Shown piece after piece: positions 8,748 through 17,731 of a stretch of DNA of 43,732 nt (position 1 is its first letter; each line of letters begins with the position of its first letter). A model generated the notes under the pieces. It did no database searches. It was not told the DNA's origin and saw nothing but the letters and a program-made list of their open reading frames with translations. Location of the stretch: contig WFND01000064.1 in NCBI GenBank assembly GCA_015484575.1, positions 1 to 43,732 of the forward strand, read 5' to 3'. The stretch is from Helicobacteraceae bacterium. Lineage in GTDB: Bacteria; Campylobacterota; Campylobacteria; Campylobacterales; Sulfurimonadaceae. A program made the position numbers and the translations under genes.

Positions 8748-9479
8748 TTAAAATCTAAAATCTATTCTGGCATACGCTTTTTTTGGTGATAAGCTTATAT
8801 TAACCTGCCTGTTTTCTGACATAAAAGCATCATGAAAAAATAGACCTATAAAATTTCCTAGTGTAACACTTATAAGTTGGTCTGCAAAAGAGTGTCCTCC
8901 ACCTTGAACTCTTGTAAGTGTGCTAGATGTTGCAAAGAGATAATTTGCGACTATGATACTATAACCACCCCATCTTGAAATATCCATTTGAGATACATTT
9001 CTTCTAGTCATTGCTGCTCCTGCGAAGGGGCTAAGTGCATGATGTGAACCTACAGCATCCATAGAGCGACCATTTGGCGTCTCTTTTGGTACATTTTTAT
9101 TTAAGAAATCTACACTCTGTCTTGAGATGGCAAAAGCACTCCACTCTACTACGAAACGTTTCGCTTTTGTCTCCCACTTGTTATCGTGAATTAATATGGC
9201 TGTGGAGTATGTTATTAATCCGTTTAGTTCTCTGTATATATCATCATTTTTCTCATTTGCTATAGGATTATCCATAAAATATTGAGTTATCTTCTCATCA
9301 CCATCTGTTGCGTATAAAGCTCCAGCTGTTACAAGTGGTACCCATGTCATAGGGTCAGTTACGGCATTGTATGAAGCATTTTTTGTTTGATTAATAGCAT
9401 GATTCAATCTTTTTTCGCTACATCCTAAAAATAATGTTATACTAAAAAAAGTTATAAGTAGATATATATATCTATTCAT
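8748..9479 (-). CDS. PAP2-like lipoprotein (putative lipid/phospho-ester phosphatase)
   Basis: Start at the ATG at 9479 (MNRYIYLLITFFSITLFLGCS, lipobox). GSHH and TRVQGGGHSFAD resemble PAP2 motifs C2 (PSGH) and C3 (SRx5Hx3D). Motif C1 is unclear. Confidence 0.5.
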   Translation of the reverse strand: MNRYIYLLITFFSITLFLGCSEKRLNHAINQTKNASYNAVTDPMTWVPLVTAGALYATDGDEKITQYFMDNPIANEKNDDIYRELNGLITYSTAILIHDNKWETKAKRFVVEWSAFAISRQSVDFLNKNVPKETPNGRSMDAVGSHHALSPFAGAAMTRRNVSQMDISRWGGYSIIVANYLFATSSTLTRVQGGGHSFADQLISVTLGNFIGLFFHDAFMSENRQVNISLSPKKAYARIDFRF

Positions 9480-10032
9480 CTGTACTGCCAAAGTTATACG
9501 TTAAACCAAATTTAAAAGAACGTTCATTTACTCTGTCTATAATATCTGTGTACGAACTATCTCTTTGCCAAAAAATCACACTTGTACTATAGTTACATGT
9601 AAGTGTTAAACTTTTTGACAGTTCAAAATTAAACCCTGCTTCAATTTCATTTATCCAACCAATTAAATCTCTCTGCTTTTCAAAAGAGATGCCAGAATCA
9701 TATGATAGAGCAGGGATAAGTGTAAAATATTCATTTTTAACTATAATATAATTTTCAAAATCATATTTATAGCCTAAGCTTGTAGATTGATAAGAGTCAC
9801 CACTGTCAAAATTGTTATACAGATATGATATACGTAAATTGTGACTATCTATTTTATATGATGTTATGACTTTTATAGATGGCTTAGAGGAGAGCTTTTT
9901 TTTTATATCTGCATTTTCTGCTACTAAAAGCTCCTCTGCATTTCCTGTTCCTATCTCTACTCCAAGTGAAAAATGATTTTCAGCTTGAAGAGATATTGCA
10001 AATACAGAGAGTAAAAGAAGTATATATCTCAT
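9472..10032 (-). CDS. Small outer-membrane beta-barrel protein (OmpW/OmpA-barrel-like, 8-strand size)
   Basis: 186 aa with signal peptide MRYILLLLSVFAISLQA. Alternating hydrophobic pattern and a near-terminal ...FKFGLTYNF motif. Start codon lies 1 nt after the cti stop. Confidence 0.6.
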   Translation of the reverse strand: MRYILLLLSVFAISLQAENHFSLGVEIGTGNAEELLVAENADIKKKLSSKPSIKVITSYKIDSHNLRISYLYNNFDSGDSYQSTSLGYKYDFENYIIVKNEYFTLIPALSYDSGISFEKQRDLIGWINEIEAGFNFELSKSLTLTCNYSTSVIFWQRDSSYTDIIDRVNERSFKFGLTYNFGSTDE

Positions 10033-10033
10033 A

Positions 10034-12394
10034 TCACCACGGCTTATGATAGTAACGATTTAAATCAAACATACCTGAAGTTAAAGGTTCACTTTTATCA
10101 AAGTACTCTTGAAACCAGTCGTAAATTTTCCAGAAGTTTTTATCACTTCTTGAGATGGCAAATTTGTGAAAGATTTTATGATATTTATCGTTATCTTCAA
10201 AATTCATCAACATATTAAAAAATTCAGGAATATCTCTCTCTTTGACGATTAAAAAGAAATTTGGGTATGAGCCTACAGGTCCTATGTGAAAATCTGTAGT
10301 ATCTTTTGATGAGTCTAAGGTGCTGTCGGCTAAAAGAAGAGAGTTTACATTGTCGTGCCAACGATTAATAATCATACTCCCCATAATAACTCTCCCATCA
10401 TTCATATCAAGACGTATAAAGAGATTGTTTGCACTATAATCTACCACATGACGTATAAAACCGGTTCCCGGAGCAGTTAAGGCACGAAAACCGTTGCGAA
10501 TATCTTCATCTGTTTTAAACTCTTTTGGCATCTTAACTCTCTTAGCTCCCAATGCTACATAGTTGATATTGTCAAACTTTATGCCTGTTTTTTTTAAAAT
10601 ATGCTTATTTACAATATTTTCTATGAACTCTTGAGCGTAGTGTGTAGTGTTAAATTTAACTCCTGATGGACGTTTCCACATATCATCTTCATGTTTACTC
10701 TCTATCCAGCCGTCACCTTTATTCCAACTTTTAAACATCTTTAGCTGTACTTTTTTTGGCATATAAGATATGAAATTGAGTTCACCTTCAAAGCGTAAAA
10801 AATCCATATATCTTCTTACTTGCACCTGATGAGATACATTTCCATATACATCAAAACCGGCTACAAGATTGTAATATATTCTCTCCAAATGCGAATAGTC
10901 AATAACCCATATAGTACGAGGAAAAGAGCCTATGACGCCCTTGTGAACAGATGCAGAATCAAAATGTCTGTATATAGTAAGCAGTGGAGCATCTTCTGCA
11001 TTTTTACCTCTGTATATAGACTCAATTCCAAGACCGTTTGGATACATCTCATCTAAAATTTTCTCTTTAGTTTTAAAGTATGCCATATATCTATTTAGAT
11101 ATTCATCTGAAAAAGTACCCAAAACAGGAGCATCGCTGCCCATCTCTGTTGGTAGAGCCAGATTGCTTGACTCTTCTAGCAAGATACTTGGACGTTGAAC
11201 TCCCATATCATATTTTGGATCTTGAAACATAACCCAAAAATCATCATGTATAGCTGCTAGTGCAATCTGCCCACGACATACAGGACCACGTATAAAAGTC
11301 ATAACAATATAGTGTGCATTATCAAGCAGGTATTGATAACGTACCTTTGGAGGTATCTGTGCATAGGTTATAAATGGATTTGCGGAGCGTTTTTTGTCAT
11401 AACTGACTATATGAGGTTTTTCACTCCAAGGCGTGTCGATAAAGAGTTTTTTTACATTTTGCAGATATCTGTCATCTGTTTTTACAACCATATGCGTTTT
11501 ATGTACAATCGTAGAGTATATCTTCCTAAATCTATAGTAAAACTTATCTACCTTTGGGTCATCGTATGGTCTTACCGTCGGTATGATTTGTATCGGTTGC
11601 GGGGATGGTGTTTTTGAGCGTATAAGTTCAAAAAACTCTCTGTTATCATTTCCAAAATTTAGATGTGCAAGATATAGATGCTCATATAGATAACGTGCAC
11701 TCATTGCATGTTTTGCATCGGGAGTGTTTAAAAACTTTTCCCACTTTTGAATACTTTTTTGAGCTTCATGACTTGGTGTTTTATAAGCTTTTATCTGCTC
11801 TTTAGTTGGTCCTTTAGCTCCTTGTGCCAACCACTCTTTTAGAGTTTTAAACTCATCATCACTCATCTTTGAAAAACCGTAAGGCATACCGCGATGCTCT
11901 TTTTTTTCAAAATATTCGCCAACCTCTTCTTGGTTACGAGAGCAGATAAGATCTTCAGTCTCCGGGTTGTAGATGCCTTCTACTTTTGGATTATTAACTT
12001 TTTCTTGCAGGAGGTGCATCATGATAGAGTCGTTAAAACCGTTTTTGGCATGGTTGTCAACTACACTAAAAAAATCTTTTTTACGCCAATCCTCTTTGCT
12101 TTGTGCATCTATAAAAAGACGAGTTTGCTGTGCCGGAGTTATACGCTCTGCTTGATAAACAGCCTCTTTACTGGCACCACGCTCTAAACCGTCATATGAG
12201 CTAAGTTTTAGTTGGCAAGGTGCATTATAGCATGAGTGACATACAACACAGCGTTTGTCTAAAATAGGCTTTATATCTGTTAAATAATCTATCTTTTTAT
12301 GACTGTTTTGAACCTTTACAGGTGGAGGAGGTGCATAAGAACATCCTGTAATAATAAGCATAAACACGCTTACATGTAACAATATCTTTAACAT
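10034..12394 (-). CDS. cti: Fatty acid cis/trans isomerase (Cti), periplasmic heme-c enzyme
   Basis: 786 aa. The N-terminal CVVCHSCYNAPCQLKLSSYDGLERGASK contains the CXXCH heme site in the context characteristic of Pseudomonas/Vibrio Cti. Length also fits. Confidence 0.85.
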   Translation of the reverse strand: MLKILLHVSVFMLIITGCSYAPPPPVKVQNSHKKIDYLTDIKPILDKRCVVCHSCYNAPCQLKLSSYDGLERGASKEAVYQAERITPAQQTRLFIDAQSKEDWRKKDFFSVVDNHAKNGFNDSIMMHLLQEKVNNPKVEGIYNPETEDLICSRNQEEVGEYFEKKEHRGMPYGFSKMSDDEFKTLKEWLAQGAKGPTKEQIKAYKTPSHEAQKSIQKWEKFLNTPDAKHAMSARYLYEHLYLAHLNFGNDNREFFELIRSKTPSPQPIQIIPTVRPYDDPKVDKFYYRFRKIYSTIVHKTHMVVKTDDRYLQNVKKLFIDTPWSEKPHIVSYDKKRSANPFITYAQIPPKVRYQYLLDNAHYIVMTFIRGPVCRGQIALAAIHDDFWVMFQDPKYDMGVQRPSILLEESSNLALPTEMGSDAPVLGTFSDEYLNRYMAYFKTKEKILDEMYPNGLGIESIYRGKNAEDAPLLTIYRHFDSASVHKGVIGSFPRTIWVIDYSHLERIYYNLVAGFDVYGNVSHQVQVRRYMDFLRFEGELNFISYMPKKVQLKMFKSWNKGDGWIESKHEDDMWKRPSGVKFNTTHYAQEFIENIVNKHILKKTGIKFDNINYVALGAKRVKMPKEFKTDEDIRNGFRALTAPGTGFIRHVVDYSANNLFIRLDMNDGRVIMGSMIINRWHDNVNSLLLADSTLDSSKDTTDFHIGPVGSYPNFFLIVKERDIPEFFNMLMNFEDNDKYHKIFHKFAISRSDKNFWKIYDWFQEYFDKSEPLTSGMFDLNRYYHKPW

Positions 12395-12417
12395 TAAAAT
12401 CCTTTATATTCTCTCTG

Positions 12418-12960
12418 CTACTTAACTCTTTTTGGAAAATCTTTTAAAATCTCTTTGATTACTTTATTGATGTATTTACTACGTTGCTGTGGAGTATCTA
12501 AAGATTTTAGTTGGTCTTTTGCACTTAGTCTATATATGATATTACTATTTTCCGGATTAATCATATCTATAATCAACTGTCCTTCATCATAGTTGTATGT
12601 TCTTGTTGTTGGAACCATCATCCCACGATAGCGGTATGGATACATACCTATGGATTGATAATCGGTAACAACCTGTGTCTTGTTTTTTATATCTATATGA
12701 TAATAGACTAAAAAGTCTGCACCCTCTCTTGCAGTCTCTTCATATCCTTTTAGTTTTAACTCATTTTTTATAGCTTTGTTGAGCCTGTTTATTGTTAAAG
12801 TGTCTCTTAGCTTTTCACTGTTTGAGATGAGATAAAATGTTTTGAGTCTGCTCATATCAAATGAAGTATCATAATCTCTGCTCACTTTGAGTGAAGAACA
12901 AGCATTAAACATAGAGACTACGAGTATTAGAGTAATCGTGTTTAAAATCGTTTTTACCAT
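12418..12960 (-). CDS. Lipoprotein, DUF4136-like
   Basis: 180 aa with lipobox MFNACSS. General pattern (FDMSRLKTFYL, ADFLVYYH, GQLIIDMINP) recalled as DUF4136. Confidence 0.5.
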   Translation of the reverse strand: MVKTILNTITLILVVSMFNACSSLKVSRDYDTSFDMSRLKTFYLISNSEKLRDTLTINRLNKAIKNELKLKGYEETAREGADFLVYYHIDIKNKTQVVTDYQSIGMYPYRYRGMMVPTTRTYNYDEGQLIIDMINPENSNIIYRLSAKDQLKSLDTPQQRSKYINKVIKEILKDFPKRVK

Positions 12961-13034
12961 TTTTTCCCTTTTTATATAATAAATTCATATCTATTTTGGT
13001 ATTATAGTATAAAAATTTAATTTAGGTTTTCGTT

Positions 13035-13292
13035 ATGAGGTATTTTATACTTTTTGTACTTTTTATATCTGTTGAATATTTAAATGCACAAGATATATCT
13101 TCTATAGCTAAATCTCTAAATCTATATCCGGGAACAAAAGCTTCTATTCAGTGGGAGAGAGTATTTGCTAATGAACGAAAATTAAAAAAATATTCTATAA
13201 ACACATTGAAAAAGTCACAGCAAGAAGAGCTTAGAGCATATCTTATAAAATATGCGGCTGATTCAGACCAACCTATCGTGCCAGGACTGTAA
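13035..13292 (+). CDS. Small secreted hypothetical protein (85 aa)
   Basis: Signal peptide MRYFILFVLFISVEYLNAQ. Immediately precedes the porin-like gene (stop at 13290-13292, next ATG at 13294). Confidence 0.5.
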   Translation: MRYFILFVLFISVEYLNAQDISSIAKSLNLYPGTKASIQWERVFANERKLKKYSINTLKKSQQEELRAYLIKYAADSDQPIVPGL

Positions 13293-13293
13293 G

Positions 13294-14745
13294 ATGATAA
13301 GAAAGATACTATTTACACTTGCTCCACTACTACTTTTAGCAGATAATACACAACTTTTAAAACGTATTGATTCACTAGAAAAAGAGGTGAAGTCATTAAA
13401 ACACAATGCCGTTGAACACAATGAAGAGTTTGAGGAAAATAGTCTGATTTTAGAAGAGGTAGAGAAAAAATCTATTTTAGATAAGATAAATTTCTCTCCG
13501 GAACTTGAATTGAGATTTGATAAATTAAACTACGAAGTAGGTGATATAGAGGGAGAAAATACTAAAATTTATGGAGGTCCTTATGATGGTGAATATAGAA
13601 GAAAAGAGTACTCAAAAGATTTTGATGTAGCAACATCTATACATTTTAAGTTAAATATGAGTGCTCAACTCGATTCAAATACAAAATTTAACGGCAGACT
13701 CTCTTTTACTTATAACTCTCAAAGTTACCAAAGACTCTGTATCCTATCAAGAGATATAAAATCATCTCCATCTTCTAGTGCATTTGATGTCGAGCGTGCC
13801 TATATAGATTATTCGCCAAATAGAGATTCAGATTACGCTTTTACTTTCACTTTTGGACTTCTTCCAACCACAGGCGGGACACCTATGCAGTTTGCGAAAA
13901 ATTATAAACGTAACTCCATGTTTCCGGCTCTAGTGTTTAATATGAATACTTATGGTCTTATAGCTACTCAAAAACTGCATAATAAAACATATTTAAGAGC
14001 TATTTATGCAAAAGCTTATACTATGCCTAGCTCATTTTACGCCTATCAGTGCAATAGAGAAAATATTGACAATGCAGATGTAATGGGTCTGTATTTAGAC
14101 CACAGTATGAATCTGTTTGGAAATACACTTTTTAGCGGAGGTGTGAATTATATAGCAAATTTTAAAGCACATCCATACTTGGGACCAGATGTGACAACAA
14201 ATAATGCAAATGTTATGGGAAATATTATGACATTGGGTCTAGGAGCGGATACGCAAGAGTTTCTCGGTAGTAGAGCAACGCTGTTTATACATACTGCAAT
14301 GTCAATACCGGATGGAAATGGCAAGATAGACGATTATCAGATAGTTCAACCTGTAGAAGCTGAAAAAACGGCTTCAGGAGATGTCGGTTTTTCCGAAGCA
14401 GAATATGCAAAAGGGGAGATGATAAAACAGAGCGGTTATGCTCTGTTTGTAGGTGCTAAATATAAGATAAATCCTGCTATAGCTGTTGGCGTAGAGTATA
14501 ACTATGGGTCAAAATATTGGTTCTCTAGTACACAAGGTGCAGAAGATATGTATAATAAATTGGCAACTAGAGGGCATGTAGGAGAGAGTTACATTATCTG
14601 GAATTTTCATAAGCATCTATTTTGTAAGATTGGCTACATGTACACAAAAGAGCAATATACAGGTTCAGGATGGCACTTTGGGTCTCCTGCTGAAAAAGAT
14701 GGCACTCAGCAAGTCGGCTATCTATCCATAAATGCGAAATTTTAA
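13294..14745 (+). CDS. Porin-like outer-membrane protein with N-terminal coiled coil (resembles the DUF3373 family, from memory)
   Basis: Start moved to the ATG at 13294 (MIRKILFTLAPLLLLADN). Coiled-coil segment LLKRIDSLEKEVKSLKH, long beta-rich body, and a C-terminal ...GYLSINAKF aromatic terminus. Confidence 0.55.
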   Translation: MIRKILFTLAPLLLLADNTQLLKRIDSLEKEVKSLKHNAVEHNEEFEENSLILEEVEKKSILDKINFSPELELRFDKLNYEVGDIEGENTKIYGGPYDGEYRRKEYSKDFDVATSIHFKLNMSAQLDSNTKFNGRLSFTYNSQSYQRLCILSRDIKSSPSSSAFDVERAYIDYSPNRDSDYAFTFTFGLLPTTGGTPMQFAKNYKRNSMFPALVFNMNTYGLIATQKLHNKTYLRAIYAKAYTMPSSFYAYQCNRENIDNADVMGLYLDHSMNLFGNTLFSGGVNYIANFKAHPYLGPDVTTNNANVMGNIMTLGLGADTQEFLGSRATLFIHTAMSIPDGNGKIDDYQIVQPVEAEKTASGDVGFSEAEYAKGEMIKQSGYALFVGAKYKINPAIAVGVEYNYGSKYWFSSTQGAEDMYNKLATRGHVGESYIIWNFHKHLFCKIGYMYTKEQYTGSGWHFGSPAEKDGTQQVGYLSINAKF

Positions 14746-16731
14746 ATGAAGATTAAAACAAAGTTGTCCATAACACTGTTTGCAGGACTGTTTCTTCTGA
14801 TATTGCCTCTATTTCTTGTGATTAATACAGTAAGTAAAACGTCAGATATTATATATTTTATTAAAAATGAGCAATCAGTTTTATTGAAGTTATCAACAGA
14901 TTTAAACAGTGACCTTAAAGATAATGAATCAGAAGTCTTAAGAGCTATCATACTAAATAAACATGCAGATATAAACTCGGTTTTAAGCTCTTTTACAAAA
15001 ATATCCAAAGATTTTCAGAAGCTAAATAATTTTGTAAATAATTCCAATATCAAAAGTGATAAATTACATAAAATAATCTCTGTCTTAAATCGTAGAATAG
15101 TCGGTTACAGAGCTGTTCATGCGTCCATTGAGGAGGCTATAAATTCTCATAATGAGATAGATATTGATGATGCTCTTATCGGTTACAACAGTATTATAAA
15201 AAAATTCAATGATAATCTATTGGAGTTAACTACCGTAGTTTCAGATGAACTTAAGCAGAATATAAAAGAGGTTCAAGAGAGTAATGCCAAAGCTCAGTTT
15301 TGGATTATATTTTCATTTTTCACTTCATTTATATTGATTGGGTTTTCTGTATATAAGTTGCTAAGTTTTAATTCACGAATTCAGACTCAGCTAAAACGTG
15401 CCGAAGATGCCGAAGCAGATCTAAAACAGTTACAAAAACAGTTATTAAAATATAATGATGACTTAGAAGAAGAGATTACAAGAAAAACCATGGAGCTTCA
15501 CACAAAGATTTATACAAACTTTATAAGTGCTATGCCAAATAGAAATCAACTTCTAAAAGATATGCACGAAGAGACATTTAATACTTTGGCACTCTTGGAT
15601 ATTGATAAATTTCAGCAGTTTAATGACATCTACGGAGAAGAGATAGGTAATGTAGCCATCAGAATGAGTGCTGAATTTATCAATGATTTTTTCAAAGATA
15701 AAAAGTACAGCATATACCACACAAGCGGAGATGAGTTCGTGGTTGCAACAAACAGAAGTGACTTAGAAGCCGAAGCTGATTTTATAGATGAGATAAATGG
15801 TGTGTTGGAGCGTTATAAAAAACAGGAGTTTAAGTATGAAGATGACAGTTTCAATCTTATAATGAGTGCGGGACTCTCTTTTTCTGGTGAAGATAAGATA
15901 TTGGCATATGCGGATATGGCTCTAAAAGATGCTAAAAAAAGAAATATTTCACTTAGTATTTTTGATAATAAAGGTCAGCTAGAGGTTGATTATAAGCAGA
16001 GAATTGAGTGTCATCAAAGACTGCTTAAAGCTTTTGAAAATGATAATATAGTATCTTTTTTTCAGCCGATTGTACCGATACAAGATAAAGATAAAGATGT
16101 TAAATATGAGTCTTTAGTCAGAATAATATATGAAGATAATGTTATAGCACCTTCTTTATTTATTGATATTGCAAAGAAAAATCGTCTCTACTCAAAACTT
16201 ACAAAATCTATTTTGCAAAACACTTTAGATGCCGTAGAGACCTATAAGGTACCATCTTCATTTAATCTCTCCGTAGATGATATAAATGATTTAGAGACGA
16301 TGGAGATGCTTTTTAACAAGCTTAATACATTCTCTTACAACAATCTCTTAACCGTTGAGCTGCTAGAGACTGAAGATTTTGATGATTATGAATCGGTAGA
16401 AAAATTCTGTAAGGATATACGCTCATACGGTATAAAGATAGCTCTTGATGATTTTGGTTCTGGTTACTCTAACTTTACGCATGTTTTAAATCTTCCTATA
16501 GATTTTATCAAGATAGATGCATCTTTGATAGCAAATATAGACAGAGATACAAATGCTTTTATAATGGTAGAGACCATAGTGGGATTAGCAAAAAAACTTC
16601 ATGTACAGACCATAGCAGAGTTTGTTGCAACTCAAGAGATATTGGATGTTGTCAAAGATTTAGGTGTTGATTATGCACAAGGTTTCTATCTTGGAAAACC
16701 AGATTATATTCAGAACCATTTAGATGATTAA
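14746..16731 (+). CDS. Membrane sensor protein with GGDEF (SGDEF variant) and EAL (ESL variant) domains, for c-di-GMP turnover
   Basis: Two TM segments flank a ~170-aa periplasmic region, followed by a coiled coil. The GGDEF domain shows LLDIDKFQQFNDIYGEEIGN ... SGDEFVV. The EAL domain shows ESLVRI, DDFGSGYSN, IKID, AEFVAT and QGFYLGKP. Confidence 0.85.
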   Translation: MKIKTKLSITLFAGLFLLILPLFLVINTVSKTSDIIYFIKNEQSVLLKLSTDLNSDLKDNESEVLRAIILNKHADINSVLSSFTKISKDFQKLNNFVNNSNIKSDKLHKIISVLNRRIVGYRAVHASIEEAINSHNEIDIDDALIGYNSIIKKFNDNLLELTTVVSDELKQNIKEVQESNAKAQFWIIFSFFTSFILIGFSVYKLLSFNSRIQTQLKRAEDAEADLKQLQKQLLKYNDDLEEEITRKTMELHTKIYTNFISAMPNRNQLLKDMHEETFNTLALLDIDKFQQFNDIYGEEIGNVAIRMSAEFINDFFKDKKYSIYHTSGDEFVVATNRSDLEAEADFIDEINGVLERYKKQEFKYEDDSFNLIMSAGLSFSGEDKILAYADMALKDAKKRNISLSIFDNKGQLEVDYKQRIECHQRLLKAFENDNIVSFFQPIVPIQDKDKDVKYESLVRIIYEDNVIAPSLFIDIAKKNRLYSKLTKSILQNTLDAVETYKVPSSFNLSVDDINDLETMEMLFNKLNTFSYNNLLTVELLETEDFDDYESVEKFCKDIRSYGIKIALDDFGSGYSNFTHVLNLPIDFIKIDASLIANIDRDTNAFIMVETIVGLAKKLHVQTIAEFVATQEILDVVKDLGVDYAQGFYLGKPDYIQNHLDD

Positions 16732-17731
16732 TTTTTTAAAAAAAGCATCATATTTTCTTATATCTGTCTTTGTGATTTTATCTGGAATTTATATAGATTT
16801 ATCTCTATATTTTAGAGTTGAAAATCAGATATTATCAATTTTTTACATATCTCTTTTTTCATCTCTTAGTCTGTTTTTTATCTACTCTTTATGGATTAAA
16901 AAGTTTTATAAGTTTACGGCTGTTTTTTATCTTGTATCTGTTGTGATATGGATGTTTTGGTATGGGAGCATTAGAGCGTCAAATGATAGAAACTGGCAAA
17001 AAGATGTAGCTCTCTTGTCTTATGCAACCATAAACGGCAATCTTATAACAGTGCATAATATACGTAATTTTAAATATAAAAGTGAGTTTGATTACAGAGT
17101 CTCATATTATGATAAAACTTTCGATATTGACAGGTTAAAAGGGATAGATTTTATATCTACATACTGGATGGGACCTGACGTTGCACATACATTTTTAAGT
17201 TTTAGTTTTCAAAATAATCAACACCTAGCAATCTCAATAGAAGCACGAAAAGAGATAGGTGAATCATACTCCATGATTAGAGGTTTTTTTAAAGATAATG
17301 AACTCTATTATGTTGTTGCAGATGAGCGAGATTTGATAGGACTTCGCACAAATATACGAAAAAACCCACCCGAACATGTTTACATGTATGAGATAAATGC
17401 AGATATTAAAGATATGAAAAAAGTTTTTCTAAATTATATAAACAAGATAAATGAACTAAAAAAGAGACCCCAATTTTACGATACTTTGACGAGAAATTGC
17501 ACCACAAGTATATGGAACAATTCGCTTGTTCATAAATCTAATATGTCACTTACTTGGGAGATATTGCTTAGTGGACATACAGCATTTTATCTATATAAAA
17601 AAGGTTTACTGAAAACGTATGGTTTAAGCTTTGAAGAGTTGCAAAAGAGAGCCTATATTAATCCTTTAGTAGAACATAGCAAGATAGATGAGAATTACTC
17701 TAGCAGGATTAGAAAAAAACTACTTAAGTAG
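16724..17731 (+). CDS. DUF4105 (Lnb N-terminal periplasmic domain) membrane protein
   Basis: N-terminal TM helices. Pattern NIRNFKY ... HTFLSFSF ... SIEARKEIGESYS ... YVVADERDLIGLRT ... FYDTLTRNCTTSIW is typical of DUF4105. Overlaps the upstream stop by 8 nt. Confidence 0.7.
   Translation: MINFLKKASYFLISVFVILSGIYIDLSLYFRVENQILSIFYISLFSSLSLFFIYSLWIKKFYKFTAVFYLVSVVIWMFWYGSIRASNDRNWQKDVALLSYATINGNLITVHNIRNFKYKSEFDYRVSYYDKTFDIDRLKGIDFISTYWMGPDVAHTFLSFSFQNNQHLAISIEARKEIGESYSMIRGFFKDNELYYVVADERDLIGLRTNIRKNPPEHVYMYEINADIKDMKKVFLNYINKINELKKRPQFYDTLTRNCTTSIWNNSLVHKSNMSLTWEILLSGHTAFYLYKKGLLKTYGLSFEELQKRAYINPLVEHSKIDENYSSRIRKKLLK

Noticed and set aside
5344-9592. Interpreting the motif-free block 5.3-9.6 kb as a horizontally acquired island.
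   Set aside because: There are no integrase, tRNA, direct repeats or obvious composition shift visible by eye, and the gap length is only marginally unusual for 26 sites. It is kept only as a caveat in the distribution finding.
9896-9904. Homopolymeric A/T runs of 8-9 nt as phase-variation switches. Examples: T9 at 9896-9904 in the small OMP gene, A8 just after the starts of the genes at 3541 and 26396, and T8 at 19505-19512.
   Set aside because: They are Lys-codon (AAA) runs expected in a low-GC genome. No poly-G/C tracts of the kind that drive phase variation in Campylobacter/Helicobacter surface genes were seen anywhere in the LPS cluster.
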